A stretch of DNA of 64,000 bases from Chloroflexota bacterium (GTDB lineage Bacteria > Chloroflexota > Dehalococcoidia > JABGRK01). Position 1 is the stretch's first letter. Each line of letters begins with the position of its first letter. The stretch covers positions 9,338-73,337 of the forward strand of contig JABGRK010000016.1 in assembly GCA_018648325.1 (NCBI GenBank). The letters are read 5' to 3'. Below are positions 25,011 to 32,970 of this stretch, in pieces. The notes under the pieces are model-generated. The model was not told the DNA's origin and made no database searches. It worked only from the letters and a program-made list of their open reading frames with translations. The translations under genes and the position numbers were made by a program.

Positions 25011-25196
25011 CTAGAGTCCTTGCCATTTGGATTCCCACGTGGTTCTGCGCTGGCGCTCGATTTTATCGTCTATTGCCTCGGTAAGCCATTGGCCGATGGT
25101 GCAGTCAGCAGCAGCAGCAGCTACCTTTGCTCGCTTCAGGGCGTCAGGGCTCATGCGTATGCTCAAATTTGGCCAGTTGTTTGCTTTTGTCATCAT
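25011..25196 (-). CDS. ribbon-helix-helix (CopG/Arc-like) small DNA-binding protein
   Basis: The last 61 codons of a 291-aa antisense ORF: MMTKANNWPNLSIRMSPDALKRAKVAAAAADCTIGQWLTEAIDDKIE.. This has an RHH beta-alpha-alpha pattern. Its promoter-like TTGACA-17-TACTGT ends 6 nt before the ATG, so the mRNA may be leaderless. Confidence 0.6.
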   Translation of the reverse strand: MMTKANNWPNLSIRMSPDALKRAKVAAAAADCTIGQWLTEAIDDKIERQRRTTWESKWQGL

Positions 25197-25205
25197 GCGG
25201 TTACA

Positions 25206-25252
25206 GTAATACATGTAATACGATTTGTCAATCACCCGTGCGGTGGTATAAT
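25206..25252. promoter_or_regulatory. back-to-back divergent promoters with GTAATAC direct repeats
   Basis: Plus strand: TTGTCA (25225..25230), 16 nt, TATAAT (25247..25252). Minus strand: TTGACA (25227..25232). GTAATAC-at-GTAATAC at 25206..25221 lies in the minus-strand promoter spacer. Confidence 0.4.
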
Positions 25253-25268
25253 GCAACCACGTTTGGCT

Positions 25269-25949
25269 ATGAAAAATCCATTTAAGAGGAAAAAACCTTT
25301 TATATTGAGCAGGGTTGCACGACGCAGCGGGAAGTTGTGTTTGCGGGTGGGAAGTGCGGTCGTACATGCGCCTGTACGATTGTGGCGAGCGATTGCCGGT
25401 GTGCTCTCTCGTCTGGCAGGTCGTTTGCAGCGCAGGGCGTTTGTTGCAAAACTGCAAAAGGGCGACATAATTCTGGCCAATCCCAGAACACTGCAACTGT
25501 CTGCTGTTAATATGCTGTATAGGCTGTTTTTGCGGGCAAAGTATGTACACAGCATGCTGTACATCGGCGATGGTAATATAATCCACACTACTTCGAAAAA
25601 GGGAGTTCAAATCGCGCCGTTGCCTCGAAAGATACATAAGAGCGGTCACTACAAAATCGTTCGCGCTAGAGACCTCAGTGATGATCAGCGCGAGCTGGTG
25701 GTGCAGCAGGCACTCAAAATGCAGGGACAGCAGATAGACCCTGCCGGACTGATCACCAACATCCCGGCGCGAATGCTGGGATTTAAAAAACCGCTTATTC
25801 GATTGGAGCGCAATCGCTTGTGGTGCGCCAAGCTCATCTATAAGGCATATCTGGCGGCGGGCATTGATCTGGTTGGACCGGATCACGCGGGCAATGTTAC
25901 CACCGAGGACCTCAGTAACAGCAGCTTGCTAAAAAGCATCTCTAAATAA
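25269..25949 (+). CDS. YiiX-like permuted papain / NlpC-P60 superfamily protein
   Basis: GDIILANPRT..YVHSMLYIGDGNIIHT...RLWCAKLIYKAY shows the permuted His..Cys order of the YiiX family. Start set at ATG 25269 because ATG 25251 overlaps the -10 box. Confidence 0.65.
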   Translation: MKNPFKRKKPFILSRVARRSGKLCLRVGSAVVHAPVRLWRAIAGVLSRLAGRLQRRAFVAKLQKGDIILANPRTLQLSAVNMLYRLFLRAKYVHSMLYIGDGNIIHTTSKKGVQIAPLPRKIHKSGHYKIVRARDLSDDQRELVVQQALKMQGQQIDPAGLITNIPARMLGFKKPLIRLERNRLWCAKLIYKAYLAAGIDLVGPDHAGNVTTEDLSNSSLLKSISK

Positions 25950-26025
25950 AATCTATCCTAGCTTTGTTATCTTATGTCATCGTGCTATAATGCATTGTTG
26001 ATTTACGGATTATTGAGTAGGCGAT

Positions 26026-27369
26026 TTGATAGAACAGAGTGATGAGTCTCTAGACAGGAAGAAGAAGAACCCCCCTAAAATGTTTGCCGGATGGTGGACT
26101 GTTATATCCGCTGGCGTCACTGGCTTTTGGGGTGCTGGATACTACCACTACGGGTTCGGCGCATTGTTAAAGCCAATTTCCTCTGATCTGGGTATTTCAC
26201 ATGCGAGAACTGTAATTCCTACTAGTATCGGTAGGCTCAGGGGTGGGATAGAGGGGCCTCTGACCGGGTGGATTTCCGACAGATACGGACCACGCCTGAT
26301 TACAGCGATAGGCGTTTTTATGTTCGGACTGAGCCTGATGCTAATGCAGTATGTGAATTCTACTTGGTCTCTCGTACTCATTTGGGGTATTATGCTGGGG
26401 ACTTCATCCAATCTTTACACCACTCCCATAAACACCGCGCTTGCCAACTGGTTTGTTAAAAAACGAGGGCTGGCCATGGCTATTAAAAGAACGCTTGATG
26501 GCCTCTCTGGGGTACTTGTGCTGCCGCTTATAATTTGGCTGATAGATGTGAGCGACTGGCGTACTGCCTGCATCATAGGTGGCGTTGTGATGTGGCTGGT
26601 TCCCCTGCCGCTGGTTATTTTTGGGGTCAAGCGGCATCGGCCGGAGTACTATGGATTTTATCCCGACGGCGCCAGATCAAGTGAGACGGTTGATGATACC
26701 AGCCAGATGCTACGTAAGGGGGCAAAATATGCCACTGAGGTTGCCGAAATAGAGTTTACAATCAGGCAGGCAATGAGTACCCCGACTTTCTGGCTGTTGC
26801 TGGTGGCCGGTGGATGTAATTACCTCGCTTTTCCTTTGATCAACGTATTCGGTATAGACTTTCTTGAGGATATCGGGTATGACAGGTATTGGGCTGGTAA
26901 AATGATGGCAATGATGGTGGCTGTGAGTCTGTTGCCCCGCCTTATTAGTGGATATTTTTCTGACCGCGTTTCCAGAAACCGCATGCGTTTCATTATGGCC
27001 AGCGCTTATACCTTTCAGGCGCTTGGTTTTGGTATATATTTGTTGTATCAAACCACGCGGATGCTTTATACATGGCTCATACTTAATGGTATAGGTATGG
27101 GCATATCCTATGCACTATTTGCCCCCTTAAGGGCGCGTTACTATGGCAGAAAGGCGTTTGGGTCGATTCACGGCATTCAGGAGGCGTTGATGACGCCGAT
27201 GGGATTTGTGGCGCCTATTTATGTGGGCTGGGTATGGGATAACACTGGCAGCTATTTGCCCGCCTTTAAACTGGTTACCATTTTACTGTTTGTTGCTGCG
27301 GTGGTTATGGCTTTTACAAAAGCCCCCAAACCGCCGGCACGCATCACCGATGTAACGCAACTGGCGTAA
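26026..27369 (+). CDS. MFS transporter (oxalate/formate-antiporter-like)
   Basis: 12 TM-like segments with an MFS loop motif (WISDRYGPR). The start is uncertain: TTG 26026 or ATG 26080. Confidence 0.8.
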   Translation: MIEQSDESLDRKKKNPPKMFAGWWTVISAGVTGFWGAGYYHYGFGALLKPISSDLGISHARTVIPTSIGRLRGGIEGPLTGWISDRYGPRLITAIGVFMFGLSLMLMQYVNSTWSLVLIWGIMLGTSSNLYTTPINTALANWFVKKRGLAMAIKRTLDGLSGVLVLPLIIWLIDVSDWRTACIIGGVVMWLVPLPLVIFGVKRHRPEYYGFYPDGARSSETVDDTSQMLRKGAKYATEVAEIEFTIRQAMSTPTFWLLLVAGGCNYLAFPLINVFGIDFLEDIGYDRYWAGKMMAMMVAVSLLPRLISGYFSDRVSRNRMRFIMASAYTFQALGFGIYLLYQTTRMLYTWLILNGIGMGISYALFAPLRARYYGRKAFGSIHGIQEALMTPMGFVAPIYVGWVWDNTGSYLPAFKLVTILLFVAAVVMAFTKAPKPPARITDVTQLA

Positions 27370-27814
27370 TAATATTAAATTAGATGCATTTAAGTTTTAC
27401 CTTCAGTTATTCCGAAGCTATTTTGCCTCAAACCTTCGCTAAAATTGTTAGAATATTGTGAGAATTGCGCCTACATCTGTTACTTCTTTGCTACAGCAGT
27501 GTGCTTTAATTGGTTATATTGATTTGGCGCAGGACGGTTTGAGATGATTGCTTACATCACTCATAAACGAAATAAGACAAACATTGAAATTTATGACAAC
27601 AATAAACATATTACAGTTTCATGCACTGATGAGGATAAAGCATGTGAGCTGCTTAATACTTTGCAGTTTGCCTCGGAATCCGTTCAAATAGCTACACCAT
27701 ACACTATCGCTTCCCCTTTACTTTTGTGATCCATCCGCTATTGCCATGTCTCCGCTTGCCTAAAGAGCGTAACCCTGCTATCGTAAAAGCCGCATTAACT
27801 TATGGAGCGATTGC

Positions 27815-27979
27815 ATGAATGACAAAACCCGAAAGTTGCAGGTGAGATTCAACCAGCAGCAGCTTGAGCTTCTGGATAATCTCAAAGCCAGCGGCAAATT
27901 CGGCAATAGCTATGAGGAAGTTATACGAAGTGTCTTCCGTCAGTACGTCGCGCAAACCATCGGCCGGAGGCAGTCATGA
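27815..27979 (+). CDS. 54-aa RHH-like small protein (absent from ORF track)
   Basis: GGAG lies 7 nt before ATG 27815. Sequence: MNDKTRKLQVRFNQQQLELLDNLKASGKFGNSYEEVIRSVFRQYVAQTIGRRQS. The TGA at 27977..27979 overlaps the ATG at 27976 of the next gene (ATGA). Confidence 0.5.
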   Translation: MNDKTRKLQVRFNQQQLELLDNLKASGKFGNSYEEVIRSVFRQYVAQTIGRRQS

Positions 27980-28914
27980 GGCCAGAGTATGGCAAGACAA
28001 GGTTTGATCTGATACTGAAGCCTGTTTCCGGTAAGGCTGTGCCTGTTTACAAGGGTGAGGTATTGCGTATTGCGCAGGTAGAGGGCGGGCAGTGCGTTGA
28101 TTTTAACTGTTACAACCTGCACGATTACAAAGAGCATATGGCAGTAGGACCTTCCGGTGGATTGCGTAAAAAAAAGGATGACCTGGTAATGACCAATCCG
28201 GCCAGAAATCGCCCTATGCTAGCGATACTGGAGATGCCGGAAAGCTGTGTTACCGATATCATTGCGCCGGGATGCTCAGCTCCTGTATTTGAGCGCAGAG
28301 CCGGGATAGAGGCCCACACGAATTGTCAGGATACGTTTTCTGAATGTATCGGCGAGTACGGCCTTACCCCGGACGATACTCATAACTCCTTTAACTTGTG
28401 GATGAACAGCTCCTGGACATCAGACGGTAAATACTACTCTTCATCTGACCGGAATACGGGTAAAAAAGGCGACTATGTTGATTTTCTGGCACTCATGGAT
28501 GTGCTTGCGGTTCCGGTTACATGTGGTGGTGGCGATTTTTCTAGAGGTAGTAACTACTGGTTCAAGCCGATACAAATCCAGATTTTTAAAACCAGCGACG
28601 ATCTGAATGTGCTAACCAATGATTATATCGCAAGGCACCAGCCGAAAACATCGAGAGGGCTGGAGGATTATCGTGTAAAGGATATTCGCACGCAGAGGGA
28701 GCTGGAAGCGCTTGCCGGGTATGCGCCGCGATTCAAGAATTTCCCGCTTCAAATCAGCGAGTTTGCAATTGAACTGACTGATGATGATTACCTCAACCTG
28801 CAGAAACTGCAGCAGATGGGCCTTGGAGACGATGATGAGGACGGGCTGAGGTCTGCTGTTATTGAGTGGTACATCAGTAACTACAATACCGCTGGTTCTC
28901 CGATACCAAGGTAG
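27976..28914 (+). CDS. DUF1989 (urea-carboxylase-associated-like) family protein
   Basis: LKPVSGKAVPVYKGEVLRIAQVEGGQCVDFNCYNLHDYKEHM, ..RPMLAILEM..D..APGCS, HTNCQDTF and NSFNLWMNS match the DUF1989 pattern as remembered. About 100 extra C-terminal residues. Confidence 0.75.
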   Translation: MRPEYGKTRFDLILKPVSGKAVPVYKGEVLRIAQVEGGQCVDFNCYNLHDYKEHMAVGPSGGLRKKKDDLVMTNPARNRPMLAILEMPESCVTDIIAPGCSAPVFERRAGIEAHTNCQDTFSECIGEYGLTPDDTHNSFNLWMNSSWTSDGKYYSSSDRNTGKKGDYVDFLALMDVLAVPVTCGGGDFSRGSNYWFKPIQIQIFKTSDDLNVLTNDYIARHQPKTSRGLEDYRVKDIRTQRELEALAGYAPRFKNFPLQISEFAIELTDDDYLNLQKLQQMGLGDDDEDGLRSAVIEWYISNYNTAGSPIPR

Positions 28915-28933
28915 TCATGTTTATAGAAATTAA

Positions 28934-29410
28934 ATGGGGGGCAACATCATGTCTGGCGATGTAATTGTTGCGTTTTGCGCGGTTTGTGGTAAGGAGATAA
29001 AAAGAGGCAAAACATCGGCACGTAAATATGAGGAAGATGGCCTTTGGGCCTGTGGTTTCGGATGTATCGGTAAATATAAAAAAGAGAGAAATAAGTGGAA
29101 TGCTGTTGAACTTGTTAAACTTAAGGAACGGCAAATTTCATATGACCTGCTTGTTGAATCAGGGCTAACACAGGAATGGGCGGATAAGTCATATATAGAG
29201 GACCTTCCTCAGGAAGCAAAAGATCTTATCGGAGACGAAAAGATTTTAGGTATATGTAAGGGCGTTTATGGATTGCGTAAACTACGCAAACAAATAATAG
29301 CTACAAGCACAAGAATAGTTATATTTGATCCCAAATTAACAGGCGTTTTTAAGCAAGTAATACCATATGAACAAGTGATTAGCGCGCAATACAGCAAAGC
29401 AAAATGTTGA
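28934..29410 (+). CDS. zinc-ribbon / PH-like domain protein, possibly truncated
   Basis: The N-terminus has CAVCG..(19)..CGFGC. The C-terminus (ILGICKGVYGLRKLRKQIIATSTRIVIFDPK..IPYEQVISAQYS) resembles bacterial PH-like domains but stops early. Confidence 0.5.
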   Translation: MGGNIMSGDVIVAFCAVCGKEIKRGKTSARKYEEDGLWACGFGCIGKYKKERNKWNAVELVKLKERQISYDLLVESGLTQEWADKSYIEDLPQEAKDLIGDEKILGICKGVYGLRKLRKQIIATSTRIVIFDPKLTGVFKQVIPYEQVISAQYSKAKC

Positions 29411-29462
29411 TAATCACGATCATGATGCTGTAGTTAATTTGTTGCGAGCCATTTGCAATTGA

Positions 29463-29705
29463 ATATCTGAGATAGCTGGGGTTACTGCATCCATATCATA
29501 CGACAAAGGATTTTTTAAAGAGAAATGGTCTTTTTATACTCCTATCGCGACACCAGTTATAGCTGGCAAACCCGCAGGGCAGGAATCCAAGCAAACGGAG
29601 TCTATCCCCGATCAGATAATACGATTGGAAGAGTTAAAAAATGCGGGTATTATAACTCTGGAAGAGTACGACAAGAAGAAGCAGGAATTACTGGATCGAA
29701 TGTAA
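29463..29705 (+). pseudogene. start-less reading frame encoding a SHOCT-like C-terminal domain
   Basis: ..SIPDQIIRLEELKNAGIITLEEYDKKKQELLDRM, then TAA at 29703..29705. No ATG/GTG/TTG is in frame after the TGA at 29460..29462. The same frame upstream reads NVDNHDHDAVVNLLRAICN. Confidence 0.45.
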
Positions 29706-29776
29706 TTGGTTGAATATCGACTGAAGCTAAACCTTTGTATCGACAATTCATTGCTACCAAGAAAAATAATCGAATA

Positions 29777-30478
29777 TTATCTGCGCATTGATGGAGACGG
29801 TAATCTGTAGGCGTACCATATTGCCAAGGCGAAGAAAATGATGTCAAGAATACCACGATAACCACTTGTCAGATTATCGAAATAGTTGGTAAAGAAATAC
29901 CCGAGTGTCATCCATCCTTCCCCGCCGACTTCATTATAATAATATCGAAGGATCAGGTATTCACCAATAAAAAGTGCGATTATGGTTAGAACAACGCTAG
30001 TATATTGCAATATCCTTGCTCGTTTTTGTCCTGCTCCATAGACAACGCAATAACCAACAAGCCAACCTACTACTACTACTACAAAACCTATTTGCCAGCC
30101 AGTTAGGATAGTAAAAAAGTACCATATAGTCCCACCCAAAGCTGCTCCAGCCAGTCCAAGCGCGATTGCTCCCAGTATTGCTGTTATTGATAACAAATCG
30201 CCAAAGGTGATGTTCTTGCTTTTCATTTGCTTCCATCGCCCGGCTTGGGTGTCAAAATACTGGGTACCGACCACTGGTTTGCCTTTTGCCGGAACCGAAC
30301 TGGCTTTTGAGTCGGCATTGTGAGCATCAACTGTTTTCATTACATAGTCTTTTTCTGAAAAGACGGCTTTACAGTTAGGGTTGTTGCATGAATAAATATT
30401 ATATGTTTTGTCTTTACGAATGGATGCTTGCCCGCATTCGGGGCAGTTTAAATTAGTGGTTGGTTTATGGGGTTCCAT
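29777..30478 (-). CDS. zinc-ribbon N-terminus + 4-5 TM membrane protein
   Basis: CPECG..(14)..CNNPNC ribbon, then VGTQYFDTQAGRWK, then hydrophobic helices. Paralog of 32062..32574. Confidence 0.6.
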   Translation of the reverse strand: MEPHKPTTNLNCPECGQASIRKDKTYNIYSCNNPNCKAVFSEKDYVMKTVDAHNADSKASSVPAKGKPVVGTQYFDTQAGRWKQMKSKNITFGDLLSITAILGAIALGLAGAALGGTIWYFFTILTGWQIGFVVVVVGWLVGYCVVYGAGQKRARILQYTSVVLTIIALFIGEYLILRYYYNEVGGEGWMTLGYFFTNYFDNLTSGYRGILDIIFFALAIWYAYRLPSPSMRR

Positions 30479-30500
30479 ATGCTTACTCCTTGCCTTTAAA

Positions 30501-31289
30501 TCAGTCTACAAGTTCTCCCCCGGTTTTGTTTGCATCTAACCACTGACGTACGGTGCCATCTGCATCGATGGTATAAAAATAGGTTGTTTGAGCAAGGTCA
30601 TCAGGTATGTAGTTGCTTAATATGGTGGCTCCACCATCTGCAGTATCGTCTTGTTGGTACAACACGTATCCGATTTTATCACCGGGAAAGGTGTAAGCGG
30701 TGGTAGTTCGATCAATCTCCTTATAAATGCCAGTCGAGGCAACATCGGGGAATGCAGTCATATCATTGGTGGGAATCGGATCAACTGGGTTGGGGATTCT
30801 TCCAATCTGATTCTCGGTCATCATGTTTGCAAGTGCATTAACTACCTCAGCTTTTTCTCTGTTTCTTTCTCGTGTTATAGTTTCAGTCGAAGCTGACAGC
30901 AGCCATTGACCACTAACTTGAGTTAAATGAAAATCCATTTCTATGGGATATTCCCATGTACTATCATCAGTAAATGTCAAAGATATATCGTAGGTACAAG
31001 AAACTTTGGCATCTGTTTCATCCTCTGATTCCAAAACTATGTTACGATTTGTGATTGAATATGATTTGGTGTCGTCAAAGATCATTTCCAATTTCTCAAC
31101 ACGCTCAGTACTGGTCTCATGGTTATAGTCCTCCGTTTGGTAGCTAACCACTACCTGAGTATTTTGAGACGACATTGCGTTTAAATATGCGTTTACAGTT
31201 CCTGTTGGGGTTGCTGTAGGCGAGCCGCATGAGACTGTAATGAGGATTAACAGCATCATTGTAGTTAAGACTAACCTTATTAGTTTCAC
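30501..31289 (-). CDS. lipoprotein (NTF2/DUF4878-like N-terminal half)
   Basis: Signal peptide with lipobox LITVSC. GTVNAYLNAMSSQN resembles small NTF2-like lipoproteins. It lies 22 nt upstream of the zinc-ribbon membrane gene. Confidence 0.65.
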   Translation of the reverse strand: MKLIRLVLTTMMLLILITVSCGSPTATPTGTVNAYLNAMSSQNTQVVVSYQTEDYNHETSTERVEKLEMIFDDTKSYSITNRNIVLESEDETDAKVSCTYDISLTFTDDSTWEYPIEMDFHLTQVSGQWLLSASTETITRERNREKAEVVNALANMMTENQIGRIPNPVDPIPTNDMTAFPDVASTGIYKEIDRTTTAYTFPGDKIGYVLYQQDDTADGGATILSNYIPDDLAQTTYFYTIDADGTVRQWLDANKTGGELVD

Positions 31290-31431
31290 AGCTTACCTCC
31301 AAATAAGTGATGGTATGCACATAATACTCCCGATTAAGTGGACGGGTCAACTATGGTCATATTATGACAGAGTTGCAAACTGTAGCTTGGCTCGCTATAC
31401 TTGAAACGATAATTTGATCGAGGAGTATTAT

Positions 31432-31983
31432 ATGTCTATCCGCATTATTTTTGTATCATTAGTAGTTCTAGTTCTTGCCATATCCTCCAATGCTTGCACA
31501 TGTGCTTCATCATCCGTAGCCGTTATTAATCTGGATGTGAGTTTGGCTGGAATCACCATATATGAGAAAGATGAAAAAATAAACGACGACAGAGCCGGTA
31601 CCCCCAATTATGTGTATCTGGTTAGCGAAGAGGAGGCAGTGAGTCTTGCCGGGCCTGATTTTTCATCGACGGTTGGAATCTCTCCTGAGGATCAATTAAT
31701 CCAATTAGTTGGTGATATAGGATATAGGGCTGAAGGGTATACAGTCACGGTTAACTCCAGATTGTCGTACGAAATTGATATCGCTGATTTTGAACATGAG
31801 ATGGCACTAGCCAAAGTAGAGCTGACCAAGGAGGGAGATATTGTTCGGTCCAGCTTTGTCTTTGTTGGTATGGGCAATGGTGTTGCCAAGGATGTAACGA
31901 TAACAGCAGTGGTGGACGGCGTGGCAGAAGGAAGTACAATCCCGATATCAATAGAAGCTCGTCATAATCTCTCAAACGAGTAA
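31432..31983 (+). CDS. secreted protein / lipoprotein, unknown function
   Basis: GAGGAG lies 6 nt before ATG 31432. Signal peptide ends in ISSNAC. Acidic mature part. Confidence 0.55.
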   Translation: MSIRIIFVSLVVLVLAISSNACTCASSSVAVINLDVSLAGITIYEKDEKINDDRAGTPNYVYLVSEEEAVSLAGPDFSSTVGISPEDQLIQLVGDIGYRAEGYTVTVNSRLSYEIDIADFEHEMALAKVELTKEGDIVRSSFVFVGMGNGVAKDVTITAVVDGVAEGSTIPISIEARHNLSNE

Positions 31984-32061
31984 GAAGAAAGTAACTACAT
32001 AACACCTTGATATAGCTTCAAGCTATATTCAAACTTAACTGACCTATGATAACGATGCTTG

Positions 32062-32574
32062 TTAATTCCAATCTACCCACCACAGTAGTAGATGAAGTAT
32101 GATCCACAGCATCTCTAAAAGGAGTTCTATTGCGAACCAGACTGGCCAGGTAGAGAGAGCATAGGGATTGATTGAATTGTCATTTCTACGTATTTTTATT
32201 CTGCGTGAAAGAGGCTTCCACCTTTTCTTTTTTGTATCATAGTACTCATTACCTACTATCGCCCGGGGTTCTGGTTGGCTTTTCTTCTTTGGTGGAACTG
32301 GGCGGGTTGTAGCTGTCTTTTTTGCGACAATACTTGCCATATCTTTCTGCGAGAAAACGATTTTGCAAGTCGAATTACTGCATTCATAGAGCTTATAGGT
32401 ATTGTTAAAGTGAAGAGAACGATGATCGCATTTTGGGCATACTGAAATTGCTTTTTGCTGCTCAGATAGTGTGACTATCATATCATTGTCGTTACGCGTT
32501 TTCACTGAAGTATTGCATGTACTGCAATATTGATTATTGGCGTTAAGCTCTGATCCACACTGAGGGCAATACAT
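32062..32574 (-). CDS. double zinc-ribbon protein with a single C-terminal TM segment
   Basis: CPQCG..CSTC, then CPKCD..(14)..CSNSTC and VGNEYYDTKKKRWK. Paralogous to 29777..30478. Confidence 0.6.
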   Translation of the reverse strand: MYCPQCGSELNANNQYCSTCNTSVKTRNDNDMIVTLSEQQKAISVCPKCDHRSLHFNNTYKLYECSNSTCKIVFSQKDMASIVAKKTATTRPVPPKKKSQPEPRAIVGNEYYDTKKKRWKPLSRRIKIRRNDNSINPYALSTWPVWFAIELLLEMLWIILHLLLWWVDWN

Positions 32575-32707
32575 ACTATCTCCTTGTATATTGATATAGA
32601 CGTATTGCGTTTCATAATACTATCAATGCTGCAACAGGCTTGCAAAGTATGCCTGAGTACTACGTTTTATAAAGCACTGGTGGTGGTGAAGAAGGGAAAT
32701 AAAAAAG

Positions 32708-32779
32708 TGGCAACGGGTGGAGTCGAACCACCGACCAAGGGCTTATGAGTCCCCTGCTCTGCCTCTGAGCTACGTTGCC
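32708..32779 (-). tRNA. tRNA with CAU anticodon (elongator Met or Ile2/lysidine type)
   Basis: Acceptor GGCAACG/CGTTGCC (G1-C72, so not an initiator), anticodon loop CTCATAA, T-arm GGTTCGACTCC. CCA is not encoded. Confidence 0.85.
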
Positions 32780-32970
32780 AAATTGCTAAAGAATTGTTTA
32801 CTTAGCAGCTAAAATTATATCGTTAGCTACGATGCTGTGTCAAGAAAGGGTGTAGTCTCAAAAAATAGCAATTGACATAAGATTGAGATTGCGTGCATAC
32901 TAGCCGTGTGTGGTATTATTAATCACAATCAAAACGGGGGTAAGGACTTATCGACCAGCAACGTTTAAAA

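Noticed and set aside
25197-25886. N-terminal 230 codons of the 291-aa minus-strand ORF.
   Set aside because: The composition is not protein-like (Cys/His/Gln/Arg-rich with no motifs). It is exactly antisense to a plus-strand frame with YiiX-family motifs, and a promoter plus ATG define only the last 61 codons as a gene.
27544-27729. 61-aa ORF in the MFS/DUF1989 spacer.
   Set aside because: It has a weak RBS, no motifs and an AT-rich context where random ORFs are common. It was not reported as a gene.
5643-29462. Three in-frame TGAs (5643, 6868, 29460) raised the idea of genome-wide TGA reassignment (Trp or Gly).
   Set aside because: Many confident genes here terminate with TGA at the expected protein end, for example 208..1272 and the LemA fusion at 24990. 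Only the 6868 case sits at a catalytic Cys position with a downstream hairpin. The other two look like lesions.
27370-32779. Classical tRNA-targeted integrative island.
   Set aside because: No integrase or recombinase gene is present. I could not find a direct repeat of the tRNA 3' end at the distal side. The region is therefore described only as AT-richer accessory DNA.
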